From the human T2T-CHM13v2.0 reference genome, Homo sapiens, in NCBI RefSeq assembly GCF_009914755.1, contig NC_060927.1: 64,000 nucleotides of DNA, one strand, 5' to 3'. The notes under the pieces are model-generated. The model was not told the DNA's origin. It did not search any database and saw only the letters and a program-made list of their open reading frames with translations. The position numbers were made by a program, and so were the translations under genes. Of the stretch, positions 31,355-45,290 are shown piece after piece (positions within the stretch are counted from its first letter, which is position 1; every line of letters starts with the position of its first letter).

Positions 31355-32609
31355 TATCTGCTCCTTCTTAAAGTTCTTACATTAAACAATTAGGAGAAGA
31401 ATACAGTTAAATAGTGATTTAAATAGATATCACAGACTATCTAGGGAAAAAAATGTAAAATTTTTTGGAGACTACATATTTTATTTTATTTTTTTAGATT
31501 TGGGAAAGACAAATATTTCTCTCATTAGACAGTAAAACAACTCTGGAAAGTAATCTGAAGAGATTGTTTGTGAACACATGCATCTAACTTAGCACAGAGT
31601 AGCAGAACTTTGAAATGAAGGAAAAGTAGGATCCAGTTATTTGGGTGTTGGTGGGCAAGATCTTAACACTAACGTTGATACAGCTTCAGGATATCAGTAA
31701 GCATACATTTACAAGTAAATAACTGAAAATCCAACTCAAGCAGACTTAGACAACATATAGATTACTGATTTCTTGTAATTGCCTTCTGCTAGGCATTGAG
31801 CATGTGGAGAGTACATATTTTAAAAACACTCTTTTAATTCAGTGTTTTGTCCTCCAACTCACCACATTTCTTATTGCATCTAGGCTTCAACATGCAATTT
31901 ATACCTTTAAAATAACAGGACACTAGTGGCGTCATTTCAAACCAGTTAATTGTCAGAGAGGCTAAGCTGTGGAGATGTATTTAAAGGGAATAACATTTCT
32001 TGGTCCATTCTTATATGGTGTGAGGGTAGTAGATAAAGATTTATTTGAAAATAAAAACATTTTTTACTTCAATTATTTGTGTTTGACCTCAAGACACTGA
32101 AATCAGTGACTTTAAAAACAGTTTTCACATGGGTGCTGATTACGTAGCTGGCATAGCTTCAAAAGGGGGTACAGGGAGCATTAAATACAATGATATTTAC
32201 TCACAATTTAAAAATCATTACAGAATGAACATATGCTCTATGTTGTTTGTGTTAGACTACATTCTTTTTCTGTTTTGTTTGGTTTTGTTTTAGTATTTTC
32301 CTTTATACAATACTAACATGGCATTGGAAAGACAGGAGAATCAAAGAAAACCATAACGATGAATTTCGATTTACACAGATAAGCACTGTGTTATTTCATT
32401 TTTGCATTTTCTTTATGTATAAACTGAGATAAAATTTAAAAAAGATACAAGATGGAAGGCAAAAGGAAGAGACAGAAGAAGTGTCCGAAGTTCGGGTTGC
32501 CCATGAATCCATGTTACTGTTTTTACCTCTCTGAATCACGCCAGCCATTTTGTGTAGTAAGCAGGTATTTTTGGATTTAAATTCAGAAAATGTCCCCTAT
32601 TATTTGTAG

Positions 32610-32837
<228 letters not shown>

Positions 32838-32920
32838 TAGCAAATTTCCTTGCCTCCACTATCGTTTTTCCCAATCCAGTGGAAACAAATTTCAAAAGGA
32901 AAAAAATGTTATTTATTTGA

Positions 32921-33474
32921 ATTCCTACCTATTGCCATTAAAAATTCCAATTGTTCAAGGGCAATTGAATTGTAATACTCAAACATTATTACCCAGTTAG
33001 TTCTATATTAATTGAAAAATAAAATCCACAACTACAAGCATGTCCAATATTCAAATGTATAATAGTTATCTTGATGTATTACAATTATACATATATACAT
33101 ATATACACACATATACATACCGTATATATACTATATATGTATATATACTATATACATATATATACACATATAGTATATATACTATATATACATACTGTAT
33201 ATATACCCTTGTATATATACGTATACATAGTACATATGTATACACATATACACATATGTATATGCATATATGTATATGTATACATATATGTATAATTGTA
33301 ATACATCAAAATAACTATTGTACATTTGAATATTGGACATAGTTGTAGTTGTGGATTTTTTCAATTAATGTAACACTAACTTGGTAATAATGTTTGAGTA
33401 TTGTAATTCAGTTGCCCTTGAACAATTGGAATTTTTAATGGTAATTGGAATTTTTAATGGTAACAGGTAGGAAT
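32921..33474. repeat. Long imperfect inverted repeat (arms ~32921-33095 and ~33285-33474) around a TA/CA-rich spacer
   Basis: Arms aligned by eye as reverse complements. A partial third copy lies at ~33725-33790. Confidence 0.9.
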
Positions 33475-33480
33475 ACACCC

Positions 33481-33650
33481 ATGTATATGCATGTATATAT
33501 ACACACACGTATATGCATGTATATATGCACACACGTATATGCATGTATATATGCACACACGTATATGCATGTATATATGCACACATGTATATGTATGTAT
33601 ATATGCACACATGTATATGTATGTATATATGCACACATGTATATGTATAT
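33481..33650 (+). repeat. 26-bp minisatellite (gtatatgcatgtatatatgcacacac) x~6.5, strictly alternating purine/pyrimidine
   Basis: Period of 26 measured between cgt at 33508 and 33534. Confidence 0.9.
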
Positions 33651-34138
33651 TAGAATTATACATATATGTGTGTCTATATATACAATTATACCTTTATAAT
33701 TGTATGCATATATGTAGATATACATATAATTGTAATACATTAAAATAACTATTATACATTTGAATATTGGACATGGTTGTAGTTGTGAATTTTCTATATA
33801 TATATATTTTGATGTATTACAATTATACATGCATATATATCTTCACCCACTCAACTAAATGTATATTTAGTGTTAAACTGAGAAGTGGACTAAGATCCAG
33901 CCAAATACTTCTTTTTAAAGAATTTAACATGTTATGTTGGGTTTCTAAAAATATCACCTAAAAAACTAAGGGAATACCTCTCCTGATGAAGAAAAAAAAA
34001 ATAACAGGAAATCTACTTGGCTGAATTTTAAACCTAAAAGAAACTTTCAGAATGAAAATCTTAAATTGTCTTCTAGGATTCTTCTTAGAGTTCCAAAATG
34101 ATACCTTCTTTGAGTATCTATATTCTTGTTCCTTTTGA

Positions 34139-34351
<213 letters not shown>

Positions 34352-35295
34352 AATGCACGTTTCAGGGTGTGTTTGCATATGATTTAATCAATCAGTATGG
34401 TTACATTGATAAAATAGTAAGTCAATCCAGGAACAGTTATTTAGAATTCATATTGAATTAAATTAATTGCTAGCTTAATCAAAATGTTTGATTCTCCTAT
34501 ACTTTTTCTTTCTATTACTCTTATATTTTCCCGTCATTCTCTCTGCTAACCTTCCACCTTATGCACACACTTTCCCTATATTTTAAGATAAGTCTGCTAG
34601 GATGTAGAAATATTTGTTTGTGATTTCTATATAGCTATTAGAGATTATGACATAGTAATATTAAAATGAAATGATACTTAAACAGAAAGCAATTTCCAAA
34701 GAGGCCAGGGACCCTAATCTTTGAAGAGATGAAGAAACTTACTTTTCTCCCTGGCTTTTGGTTCACTTTTTGTACTTTTAACAAGTGGGTGAATTATTTG
34801 ATAATTTTGAGGAAGATTATTCTTTTAAATTCAAACTAGTATGTCAATGCCTACCATTACTCTGATTATATTAAAACAGAAAAAGGAAATAACAACTTCG
34901 TATACCAGCCACTGGTGAGAGTTAAAGACAAGAGCTGCCCCCCCACCCCCAAATGTCAAAGGCAAATGCTAAATTGATACTGGAGCTCGTGGTGACTTTC
35001 TACCTCACTAACAACATAAGGGATCTCCATATTATTTCACCACTATTCTAGCTTTGCTGATATATTGCCAAATGATTAGACTACAGAATAGTTCAACCAG
35101 AGAATTTACTCATTTATTGATTAAACATCCAAATACTATTGTAATATACTATGTTAAAATTCATCAATTCAAGTGCCCACACACCACTGAATCATCAGCA
35201 CCAAGCAATATATTAGACATATGGCAAAATTCAACAAATATATTTTGATATAAATAAATAAACGTTCACGACTTTACTTAAAAAATCAATGTTGC

Positions 35296-35675
<380 letters not shown>

Positions 35676-36432
35676 TCATTCATATTCATAATGTAACCAT
35701 CTTGAATTTTTTTAATTGTAGCGATTTTAAAAATGTTTGTAAAATTTAATTTCCAGTTTTCTAATTACTTGTCAGTCACATTAATAACATTAGTACCTTT
35801 ATGGTACCCTTGCAGTACCTGAAAAGAATATCAACCTGAAAAGAATATCAACTCACCCAGAAATTAGTTCTTTGAAAAAAAAGAAATTAAGTTGTGAATT
35901 TCTAAAGACCTTGAAATAAGTGTTTCAAATTTAAAGAACAAAGAATGATGTGAAAATGAGATTATGATTCCTACTACATGAATTAACGTTTCGAGATTGC
36001 TGTTTATTACTTCCCAGAGTATCTTTAACAGTATTCTCTGAAGCAGTTCCAATCTAGTTGGAGAATTAACAGCAATTGATTTAACTATCTCATTTTTATT
36101 AACTGTAATTTACTTTAAAAATATTTGCAAATCATACTCATTAGTTATTTGATCATTGTTCTATGCATTTTAAAATTAATTTTGTGTTGTTCCTCTCAAT
36201 ATTTGTTTTTAACATTTATTCCCATTTTTATTTTATACTATTGTCTGTCATGCTTTATGTATTCCAATAAGTGTCTTGAAATCCTTGTGGGGAAAGGCAG
36301 GACAAAAATAATTAGTTAATTAGATTTGAAAAATGTAATTTTTCCATTTTAAATATTTCATTTGTATAAGAAAATATTTCAGAGAACCATGATGATAATG
36401 GATATGTGTGACTGTTTTGAATTTTTTTCTCA

Positions 36433-36438
36433 ATTAAA
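36433..36438 (+). terminator. Candidate distal polyadenylation signal of CLDN16 (ATTAAA)
   Basis: Hexamer followed by T-rich downstream sequence (tttgtttttttaattt). An alternative AATAAA lies at 36536-36541. Confidence 0.45.
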
Positions 36439-38600
36439 ACATTTTGTATGTAATGGGAGGAATGTCAAGATTTGTTTTTTTAATTTATTTGAAACATTCA
36501 TTTCTAATTCATTGTAATTTAATGACGCTTCCCAAAATAAAGCATAAAGAAGACTATGTTTTGTATGGCAACTAGTGAACAACAAAACAAATATTAAATG
36601 ATGAAGCTGTAATTATTGACAGGTTGTGATGTAACAGGGCAAGAAAGAAAAAAGTGATATAATCCAAAGGCATATACAGGTAAGATTATTAGATTGAAAC
36701 ATTAAAATAGCTCACTAAATACTGGGTACTACTATTTAGGCATGGCTACTAATTGCAATATAAGAAAAGAAAAAATTTTAAAAATTGGACAATGCTATTT
36801 ATCCACCCCTTCATTAACTACTTTCTAAGATCAAATTTTTAAATTAAAATTACCTTTCATTATTATAAAATCTGTATATGTGCATTGTAAAATCTTTGTG
36901 TAAAAAACACAAAGATTCAAAAATATATCTTATTTAAATACCAAGGCAACATTATCACCAAATTCTCTCTACCTGGGACATCACTACTCCTAAAACTTTA
37001 TTGAATCTCTACACAGCCTCCCACATATTCTCTATTTATGCACATACCCATAAAGACACATTCATATAAATATGTATCTCTTTTTGAAGAGATCATTTCA
37101 TATGTTGCTTTATATTTACGTTTTTTCTTATTTAACTACCTCTGATTTATGGTAAGCAATACATTTCACATCTAATACCTAGTCTATGTTTAAATTTCTT
37201 CAAACATTTAAAAACATTCTGCACAGCTACTTTGTCAAAACAAGGATCTGCCTTTCATTTTGTTAAGTCCCTTAAGTCTCTCTTAATCAAGTTACACTTT
37301 TTTCCCACTGATCTTGACTTGTTAAAACAGCAGGACCAGTTTTTGTACGCTTTGTTCCACCTTCTGGATTTGTCTGGGGATGTCATGTAGCTTAATTTCT
37401 CAATGCCTTGTATTTTCAGTAATGGAAGTTTAAATCTAAAGACTAGATGGAATCAAGCTAAATAGTTTGTAGAATACAACATAGATGATGTGACAGCATA
37501 CCTGGAGACCTAATACGTGGTTAATTTACTCTTAGTTTAAATGCTAAAATTGTTCACTGGATTAGAAAGTTGGTGAGCTTACCCCTCAATATTTCTGTGG
37601 GTGTGTGTATGTATATATACACACACAGAGAATATATATACATATATATATGGAATATATATAAATCGATATATATATAATATATGGATATATAATATAT
37701 AGATTTAATATGGATTAATAGGTGGAGTTTATATATCCAGGGTTGCATTGAGTGTCTGCAGCTTTTCCAGGCACATGGGTGCAAGCTGTCAGTGGATCTA
37801 CCATTTCAAATGGCAGTATTTTATATATTCATATATTAATCCATAGTAAAGAAATACATATATATATTTCATTAATAAAAACAAGTAATCAATGTAGTGT
37901 TATTGTGAAACTATGGGAATACCATATTCCTCATCAACCGTATACATGATAGTTTTAACAATTGATAATTCTTATCTGAGCTAATGCTTTCATAAAGATT
38001 TGTAGAAAGAGAACTTTCTAATTCTATTGCATCTGCATCTTTCGTAGAAATTCTTCTGTAAAAAAGCCTTTGCCCCTTCATTGGAGTCTGTTCAAGTTAG
38101 CCTGAAAGGATAGGATGAATATTCAGTTCTTTCCCTCTATTCGCCAATTTACTAATACAAACTAAGGAGCTTGTTTTTTAGTGATATGATATATAATTTA
38201 TTTTCCAAATCGGTACACTTTTGAGAACAAAAGTGAGCGCCATTAATCATGAAGTCAGGATGTTCCTCAGAGAGCAAGGCCATATGGTCTCTCTCTTAAA
38301 GAGTTATGTGTACAATTTTTTAGTAGTTTTCCATTTCTGACTCTTATTATAGAATTATAGATTTTCTTTAATTCAATGTTTAATCCACTCTAATCATTAT
38401 TGTTTTGATACTCAAATTATTAAATGTTTGATCAATAGAGACTGCTTAAGCTAGCTCCTATGTGTTCTTGACACAGGCCTATTAATATATTTTTCAGTAA
38501 TCTTAATGTTGAAGTGTATGTAGAAAATTACAAGTTTATAGCTAGATAGATTCTTACAATGTGAATATACCTATACAATCAATATTATGTTAAGAAATAG

Positions 38601-39498
38601 TGTTGCAGCTTTTGTAGTTTGGTGTGCAGGAGGGAATGGCACCCGGTAGCTTTTATTCTACCCCATTGCTTGGCAAGCAGGAAGGAGGGTTACTGTGTTA
38701 GAGGATTCCTCCAGTGCTGCTTCTCCAGCTTGAAATCTCTGGCTGCCATGACCTCTGCCTGGGGCTGTGCTCCAGCCTGCCAAGCTCACTCTGTCCACTC
38801 GGCTCAGCAGACTGAACTCAGCTCATGCCCTGGCCCGGATCCCACACCCACCATAGGATCTGCACTCAGCCTGTGGCTGGACCAGGCATGCCAAAAGCAG
38901 CTTCCACACTGGGCATTGGTGTCTACACAGGGGGAATGTGGTGGCACCTGAAAACCTGGAGATGCCAACAACTGTGGAGCCCCAAGGAGTGTTAAAGCTC
39001 TTGCACAGGGCGTCCTGAGATGTGAGTATCAAGAAATGTTACACCTCTCTCTTGTTCCCGCCACACACAGCTTGGCGAGTTCCAGGTTCTTGTCCCGTGA
39101 CCAAAAAGAATAAGGCACGCAGACACTGGATAGTGAGTAGGGCAAAGAAGAATTTTAGTGAGTGACAGAGAAAAGCTCTCAGAGGAGAAGGGACCCAAGA
39201 ACAGGTAGCTCTTTTTTGAGAGGGGGCCTGAAGGTTGGTAGGCCTCTGTGAGACTGAGTCCGGGGTTTTTATGGGCTTTGAATGGGGGAGTGCATGCTGA
39301 TTGGTCCATGGGTGAATTGGGAAAAGCACCAATTGATTGATTAAAAGACATCAAGGAAGTTCTCACTCCCATCATGGACTCTACCCATAACTCACAGCTC
39401 AGTTTTCAGGCTTTAAACTGCCTTTGGCTTGAAGGTCAGTTTTCACCAGGGACCTGTCCCTGTCTGCCTAGGAATTTGTATGTCTCCTGTCACTATCG
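38601..39498 (-). mobile_element. ERV1-class solo LTR (MER52/LTR27/LTR1-like)
   Basis: TG...CG(CA) termini and 4-bp TSD ATAG at 38597-38600 and 39499-39502. GC-rich LTR-type sequence. Confidence 0.75.
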
Positions 39499-39559
39499 AT
39501 AGCCAATCACTACCAACTCTCCCCCACAACACCACTGTGCAAGAAGTTCTGGACCCAGC

Positions 39560-42500
39560 CATTATTCTCACAATCCGGTGGGTAATCCCTATCCTGATTT
39601 CAAACACTATAGATTAGTTTTTCTCTGTTTCTGAACTATTATGTATTTAACTCTTTTTGTCTGGCTTCTTTCACTTACTATTATGTTGTGAGGGTCAACA
39701 TTCCTTTATATTGTTGTATATGATTTAGTTTGTTTATCTTCATTGCTGTAGAATATTATCTTGCATAAATATAACACAAATGTTTAATCCATTTTATGGG
39801 ACATGAATATTTAATTTGTTCCCAATTTTGGCAATTGCAAATAGTACTGCTATGAGCACTGTTGGACACAATTTTGAGAGACATATGCACTCCTTTGTCT
39901 TAGAAATATACCCAGGATGAGGATTGCTCCATCAGAGGTTGTATTAGTCTGTTCTCAACTGCTATAAAGAACTGCCCAAGACTGGGTAATTTATAAAGGA
40001 AAGAGATTTAATTGACTCACAGTTCTGCATGGCTTGGGAAACCTCAATAACTTACAATCATGGTGGAAGGGAAAGCAGGCACATCTTACATGGCAGCCAG
40101 TGAGAGAGAGCAATCATTTGAAGGAGGAACTGTCAAAGGTTTATAAAACCATCAGATCTCATGAGAACTCACTATCACAAGAACAGCATGAGGAAATCTG
40201 CCTCCATGATCCAATCACTTCCCATTCTCAACACATGGGGAATACAGATCACTTCCTCGACACATGGAGATTATAATTTGAGATGATATTTGGGTGGGGA
40301 GGCAAAATAAAACCATATCATTGCACTCCTGGTCCCTCCCAAATCTCATGTCTTTCACATTCAAAACCAATCATGCCTCCCCAACAGTCCCCCAAAGACT
40401 TAACTCATTTCAGCACTAATCTGAAAGTATAAGTCCAAAGTTTCATCTGAGACAAGGCAAGTCCCTTCCCTCAGAAGCCTGTAAAATCAAAAGCAAGTTA
40501 GTTACTTCCAAGATAAAATGGGGTTAGAGACATTGGATAAATGCTCTTATTCCAAATGGAAGAAATTGACCAGAACAAAGGGGCCACAGGCCCCATGCAA
40601 GTCCAAAACCCAGTGGGGGCAATTATTAAATTTTAAAGCCCAAAAAATGATCTCTTTTTACTCCATGTCTCACATCCAGGTAATGCTGATGCAAAAACTG
40701 GGCTCCCATGGCCTTGGGCAGCTCTGCTTCTCTGGCTTTGCAGAGTACAGCCTGCCTCCTGGCTGCTTTCATGGGCTAGCATTGAGTGTCTGCAGCTTTT
40801 CCAGGTACATGGTGCAAGCTGTCAGTGGATCTACCATTCTGGGGTCTGGAGGACATTGGCTGTCTTCTCACAGCTCCACTAGGCAGTGCCACAGTGGGCA
40901 TCTGTGTGTGGGCTCCAACCCCCCATTTCCCTTCCATGCTGCCCTAGCAGAGATTCTCCAGGAAGTCTCTACCCCTGCAGCAGACTTCTGCCTGGACATC
41001 CAGGCATTTCCATACATCCTCTGAACTCTAGGTGGAGGTTCTCAAACCTTAATTCTTGAATTCTGTGCACCCACAGGCCCAACACCATGTGGAAGCTGCC
41101 AAGGATTGGCAGCTTCTAAAACTATGGCCTGAGCTGTTCCTTGGCCCCTTGTAGTGCCAACTGGAGCTGGAGCTGCTGGGACACAGGACACCAAATCCCA
41201 AGGCTGCACAAAGCAGCAGAGCCAGGGGCCTGGCCCACGAAACCATCTTTTCCTCCTAGGCTTCCAGGCCTGTGATGGGAGGGGCTGCCTCAAAAGTCTC
41301 TGACATGCCCTGGAGATATTTTCCCAATTGTCTTGGCTATTAATGTTTGGCTTCTTATTACTCAGGCTAATTTCTACAGCCAGCTTGAATTTCTCCCCAG
41401 AAAATGGGTTTTTCTTTTCTATCACATTGTCAGGCCACAAATTTTCCAAACTTTTATGCTCTATTTCCTTTTTAAACATAAGATCCAATTTCAGATAATC
41501 TCTTTGAAGTTCAAAGTTCCACAGATATATAGGGCAGAGGCAAAATGCCACCAGTCTCTTTGCTAAAGCACAGCAAGAGTAATCTTCATTCCAGCTCCTA
41601 CTAAGTTCCTTATCTCCATTTGAGACCACCTCGGCTTGAACTTCACTGTCCACATCACTATCAGCATTTTGGTGCAAACCATTCAACAAATCTCTAGGAG
41701 GTTCCAAACTTTCCCACATCTTCCTGTCTTCTTCTGAGCCCTTCAAACTGTTCCAACCTCTGCTTGTTACCCAGTTCCAAAGTCACTTCCACATTTTCTG
41801 TATCTTTAAAGCAGTATCCCACTACCTTGATACAAATTAACTACATTAGTTCATTCTCACACTGCTATAAAGAATTGTCCAAGAATGAATAATTTCTAAA
41901 GAAAAGAGGTTTAATTGACTCACAGTTCTGAATTGCTGGAGACGCCTCAGGAAACTTACAATCATGGCAGAATGGGAAGCAGGCACATTTTACATGGTGG
42001 CCAGCAAGACAGCGTGAGTGTTTGAAGGAGGAACTGTCAAACACTTATAAAACCATCAGATCTCATGAGAACTTGCTCTCTATCATGACAGCAGCATGAG
42101 GGAAACTGTCCTCATGATCCAATCACCTCCCTCCCTTAACACTTGGGGATTACAGGTCCCTCCCTCAACACATGGGGATTACAATTTGAGATGAGATTTG
42201 GGTGGGGACACAGAGCCAAACCATATAATGGTATAGAAATGTTCATATATAGTGGATATTACCAAACAATTTTACAAAGCATTTGTACCAATTTACCCTT
42301 GCACAGCAGTATATGAGAGTTCAATTCTACACATATTTGCCCAACACCTGGTATAATCTATTTTTTTTTTCATTTTAGCCATTCTAGCGTGTATACGTAC
42401 TGGTATCCACAAATAAAAATTTGTAGCTTTAGCTTTCATCCTTCTGATAAGTAATGAAGCCCTGTACATATTAATATGTTTATTGCCTATTTGGATATCA

Positions 42501-42800
42501 TATTTATTTAATTTCATGTTCAATTTATTTTCCAATTTTTCTATTGTATGTATTTTTCTTATTTATTTGTAGATAATCTTTATATACCTTTGATATGAGT
42601 TGTTTATCAGAGATAGATATTGCAAATATCTTCTAGCTTATGCATCACATTCTTATTTTATTAATTGATATTTTCTGATGAAGAGAAGTTATTTTTAATG
42701 TAGTCCAGTTTATTATTTTCTTCTTTTATGGCTCTCAGATTTTGTGCCCTGATAAAAAGTCTTCACCTACCAAAAAATCATGATAATATTCTTTTGTTTT
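39560..42800 (-). mobile_element. Old L1M fragment split by the MaLR insertion (parts 39560-39939 and 42229-~42800)
   Basis: L1 motifs continue across the MaLR (tatacccagg...attgct | ...accaaacaattttacaaagc...gcagtatatgagagttc). Confidence 0.6.
39940..42228 (-). mobile_element. Full-length MaLR retrotransposon (THE1D/MSTA-type): LTR 39940-40320, internal 40321-41841, LTR 41842-42228
   Basis: Two similar LTRs (tgtattagt...aaccatatca) flank a ~1.5-kb MaLR internal region carrying ORF remnant 41042-41746. It splits an older antisense L1. Confidence 0.9.
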
Positions 42801-43149
42801 CTTCTAAATTATGTGTTTTAATATTTACTTGTATTTTATTTTGTGCAAACCTTATTCAAGTATAACATACCCACAGAAAAGTACATGAATCATAAGTGTA
42901 TAATTTGATGAATTTTTCACATGAAAACACTGTTAGCATCAAGATCAAGAAATAATATTATACCAGAACTCCAGAAGTTATTTATTATACACTCCCTACA
43001 TGAGCCCTCTGCAGCTTGCATAGTCTCAGTTGACTGACTCAAGTTTAAAAATTACTTTAAGAAAAAGATCTGAGTAAAAGTTATTTCCTTATAAGGAAAC
43101 TGAATAGTACTATTCGGCTTTCTAATTATGTTTTTCATCATATAATTTT

Positions 43150-43453
43150 ATTTTATTATTATTATTATTACTTTTGATACAGAGTCTCACTCTGTCACCA
43201 GGCTGGATTGCAGTGGCATGATCTCGGCTCACTGCAACTTCCGCTCTCAGGTTTAAGCTATTATCCTGCCTCAGCCTCCTGAGTAGCTGGGATTACAGGC
43301 ACGCGCCACCACACTCAGCTAATTTTTGTGTTTTTAGTAGAGATGGGGTTTCACCATGTTGGCCAGGATGGCTTCGATCTCTTGACCTCATGATCCACCC
43401 TCCTCGGCCTCCCAAAGTGCTGGGATTACAGGTGTGAGCCACGGCACCCAGCC
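43150..43453 (-). mobile_element. AluS (Sc-like)
   Basis: Antisense dimer with (TTA)n tail and TSD aatttt. Confidence 0.93.
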
Positions 43454-43588
43454 AATTTTCTTGTTTATAGTACCACAAACTTTAAACTTATTAAATATAT
43501 TGAATTAAAACATAATGATCAATATTAGCTTACATATAGACATATTACTAAAAATAAATGATTGACTATACATACACATCCAAAGGTA

Positions 43589-43610
43589 CACACACACACA
43601 CACACACACA
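43589..43610 (+). repeat. (AC)11 microsatellite
   Basis: Seen directly. Confidence 0.9.
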
Positions 43611-44699
43611 TACAATCCTTATTGGGATTAAAATCAAGTAGTGTATTTAGACTATAAAGTAAAGGAGTATTTCTTTGATTTCCTCTAAACATAGGTTTTA
43701 TTTTATGAATGCTTGAGATGTCATAAGGGCTCAAAATTTAATTTGTTTGAAAGCATGAACAACTGTTTCTTTTTAAGTACAGTAGAAATCTCTACCACTT
43801 ACTCACTTTAGAAATTGACTTGCTGCTCAATTTAAATATGAATCTAAATATTTTTGAAGAAATGTATTTTAAGAAATAAAATGAATGATTGCCATAGCCA
43901 TCATTTTATTTGCCAATAAAAGGGTCATTAAAAAATAACTTACACATTCCTCCTATAAGAAGATGTATTGGCTTTAACATACTTCTTATACAAGTAGTTT
44001 ATTTAGCATTTTTTTTCACAGAAAACTCAACTGGGGTCCTGAAAAAGTAGTTTTCATTTGACAATTACTCCAACCGGTAAAGGTTAAGATAACTAACTTC
44101 TTTTCAGTGCCTCTTATTGAAAATCAGATACTATATAAAAATACAAAATATGGAAATAAATAAAGAAGATGATGATAAAGAAATTCTAGAAAATTTTCTA
44201 AAATTGCAAATCATGCTTAAAACAGTATAGAAAGAAGAGAATTTTATCTAGATTATTGCTCTATTTACAAAGCAGTCTTCTATAGTGACATTTACTGGTT
44301 TAATTATCTGAATAAATTTACTTTCATTTAAATCTAACTTTAGAAAGAGATAAATACAGAAATGGAACTCTAATTGCCACAGAGTGTCTTAGATAATTCT
44401 TCACAGAACTAGAAATTTATACACACATGCTGTGACATTAATGAATATAGCTATTTTCTTTCAAAACTTTTTAAATGTAAAAGAAAAAATTTAAAGCTAG
44501 GAGAGAATCACTATATTAGTGATTTAGATGTATGTAATAATACCGATTTAGCCTTAGGACAAGTTTTTGAGGTCATGTTTAACTACTTCTTTCTACAAAG
44601 GTGCTTACTTTCAATCATTTTTATAATAACAAAATAAAAATATAGAGGCTTTAAAAATAATGGTATCATATGCAATAATGCTATGTCTAAGTCTATAAG

Positions 44700-45290
<591 letters not shown>

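Noticed and set aside
33040-33961. Many Y/I/H/C/M-rich ORFs on both strands, and an array that could look CRISPR-like
   Set aside because: Products of the RY minisatellite and TA repeats. There are no unique spacers or cas genes, and the context is eukaryotic.
40518-41746. 168-aa and 234-aa ORFs, the longest in the window
   Set aside because: Both lie in the MaLR internal region. They are remnant or antisense frames of the retroelement, with no evidence of domestication.
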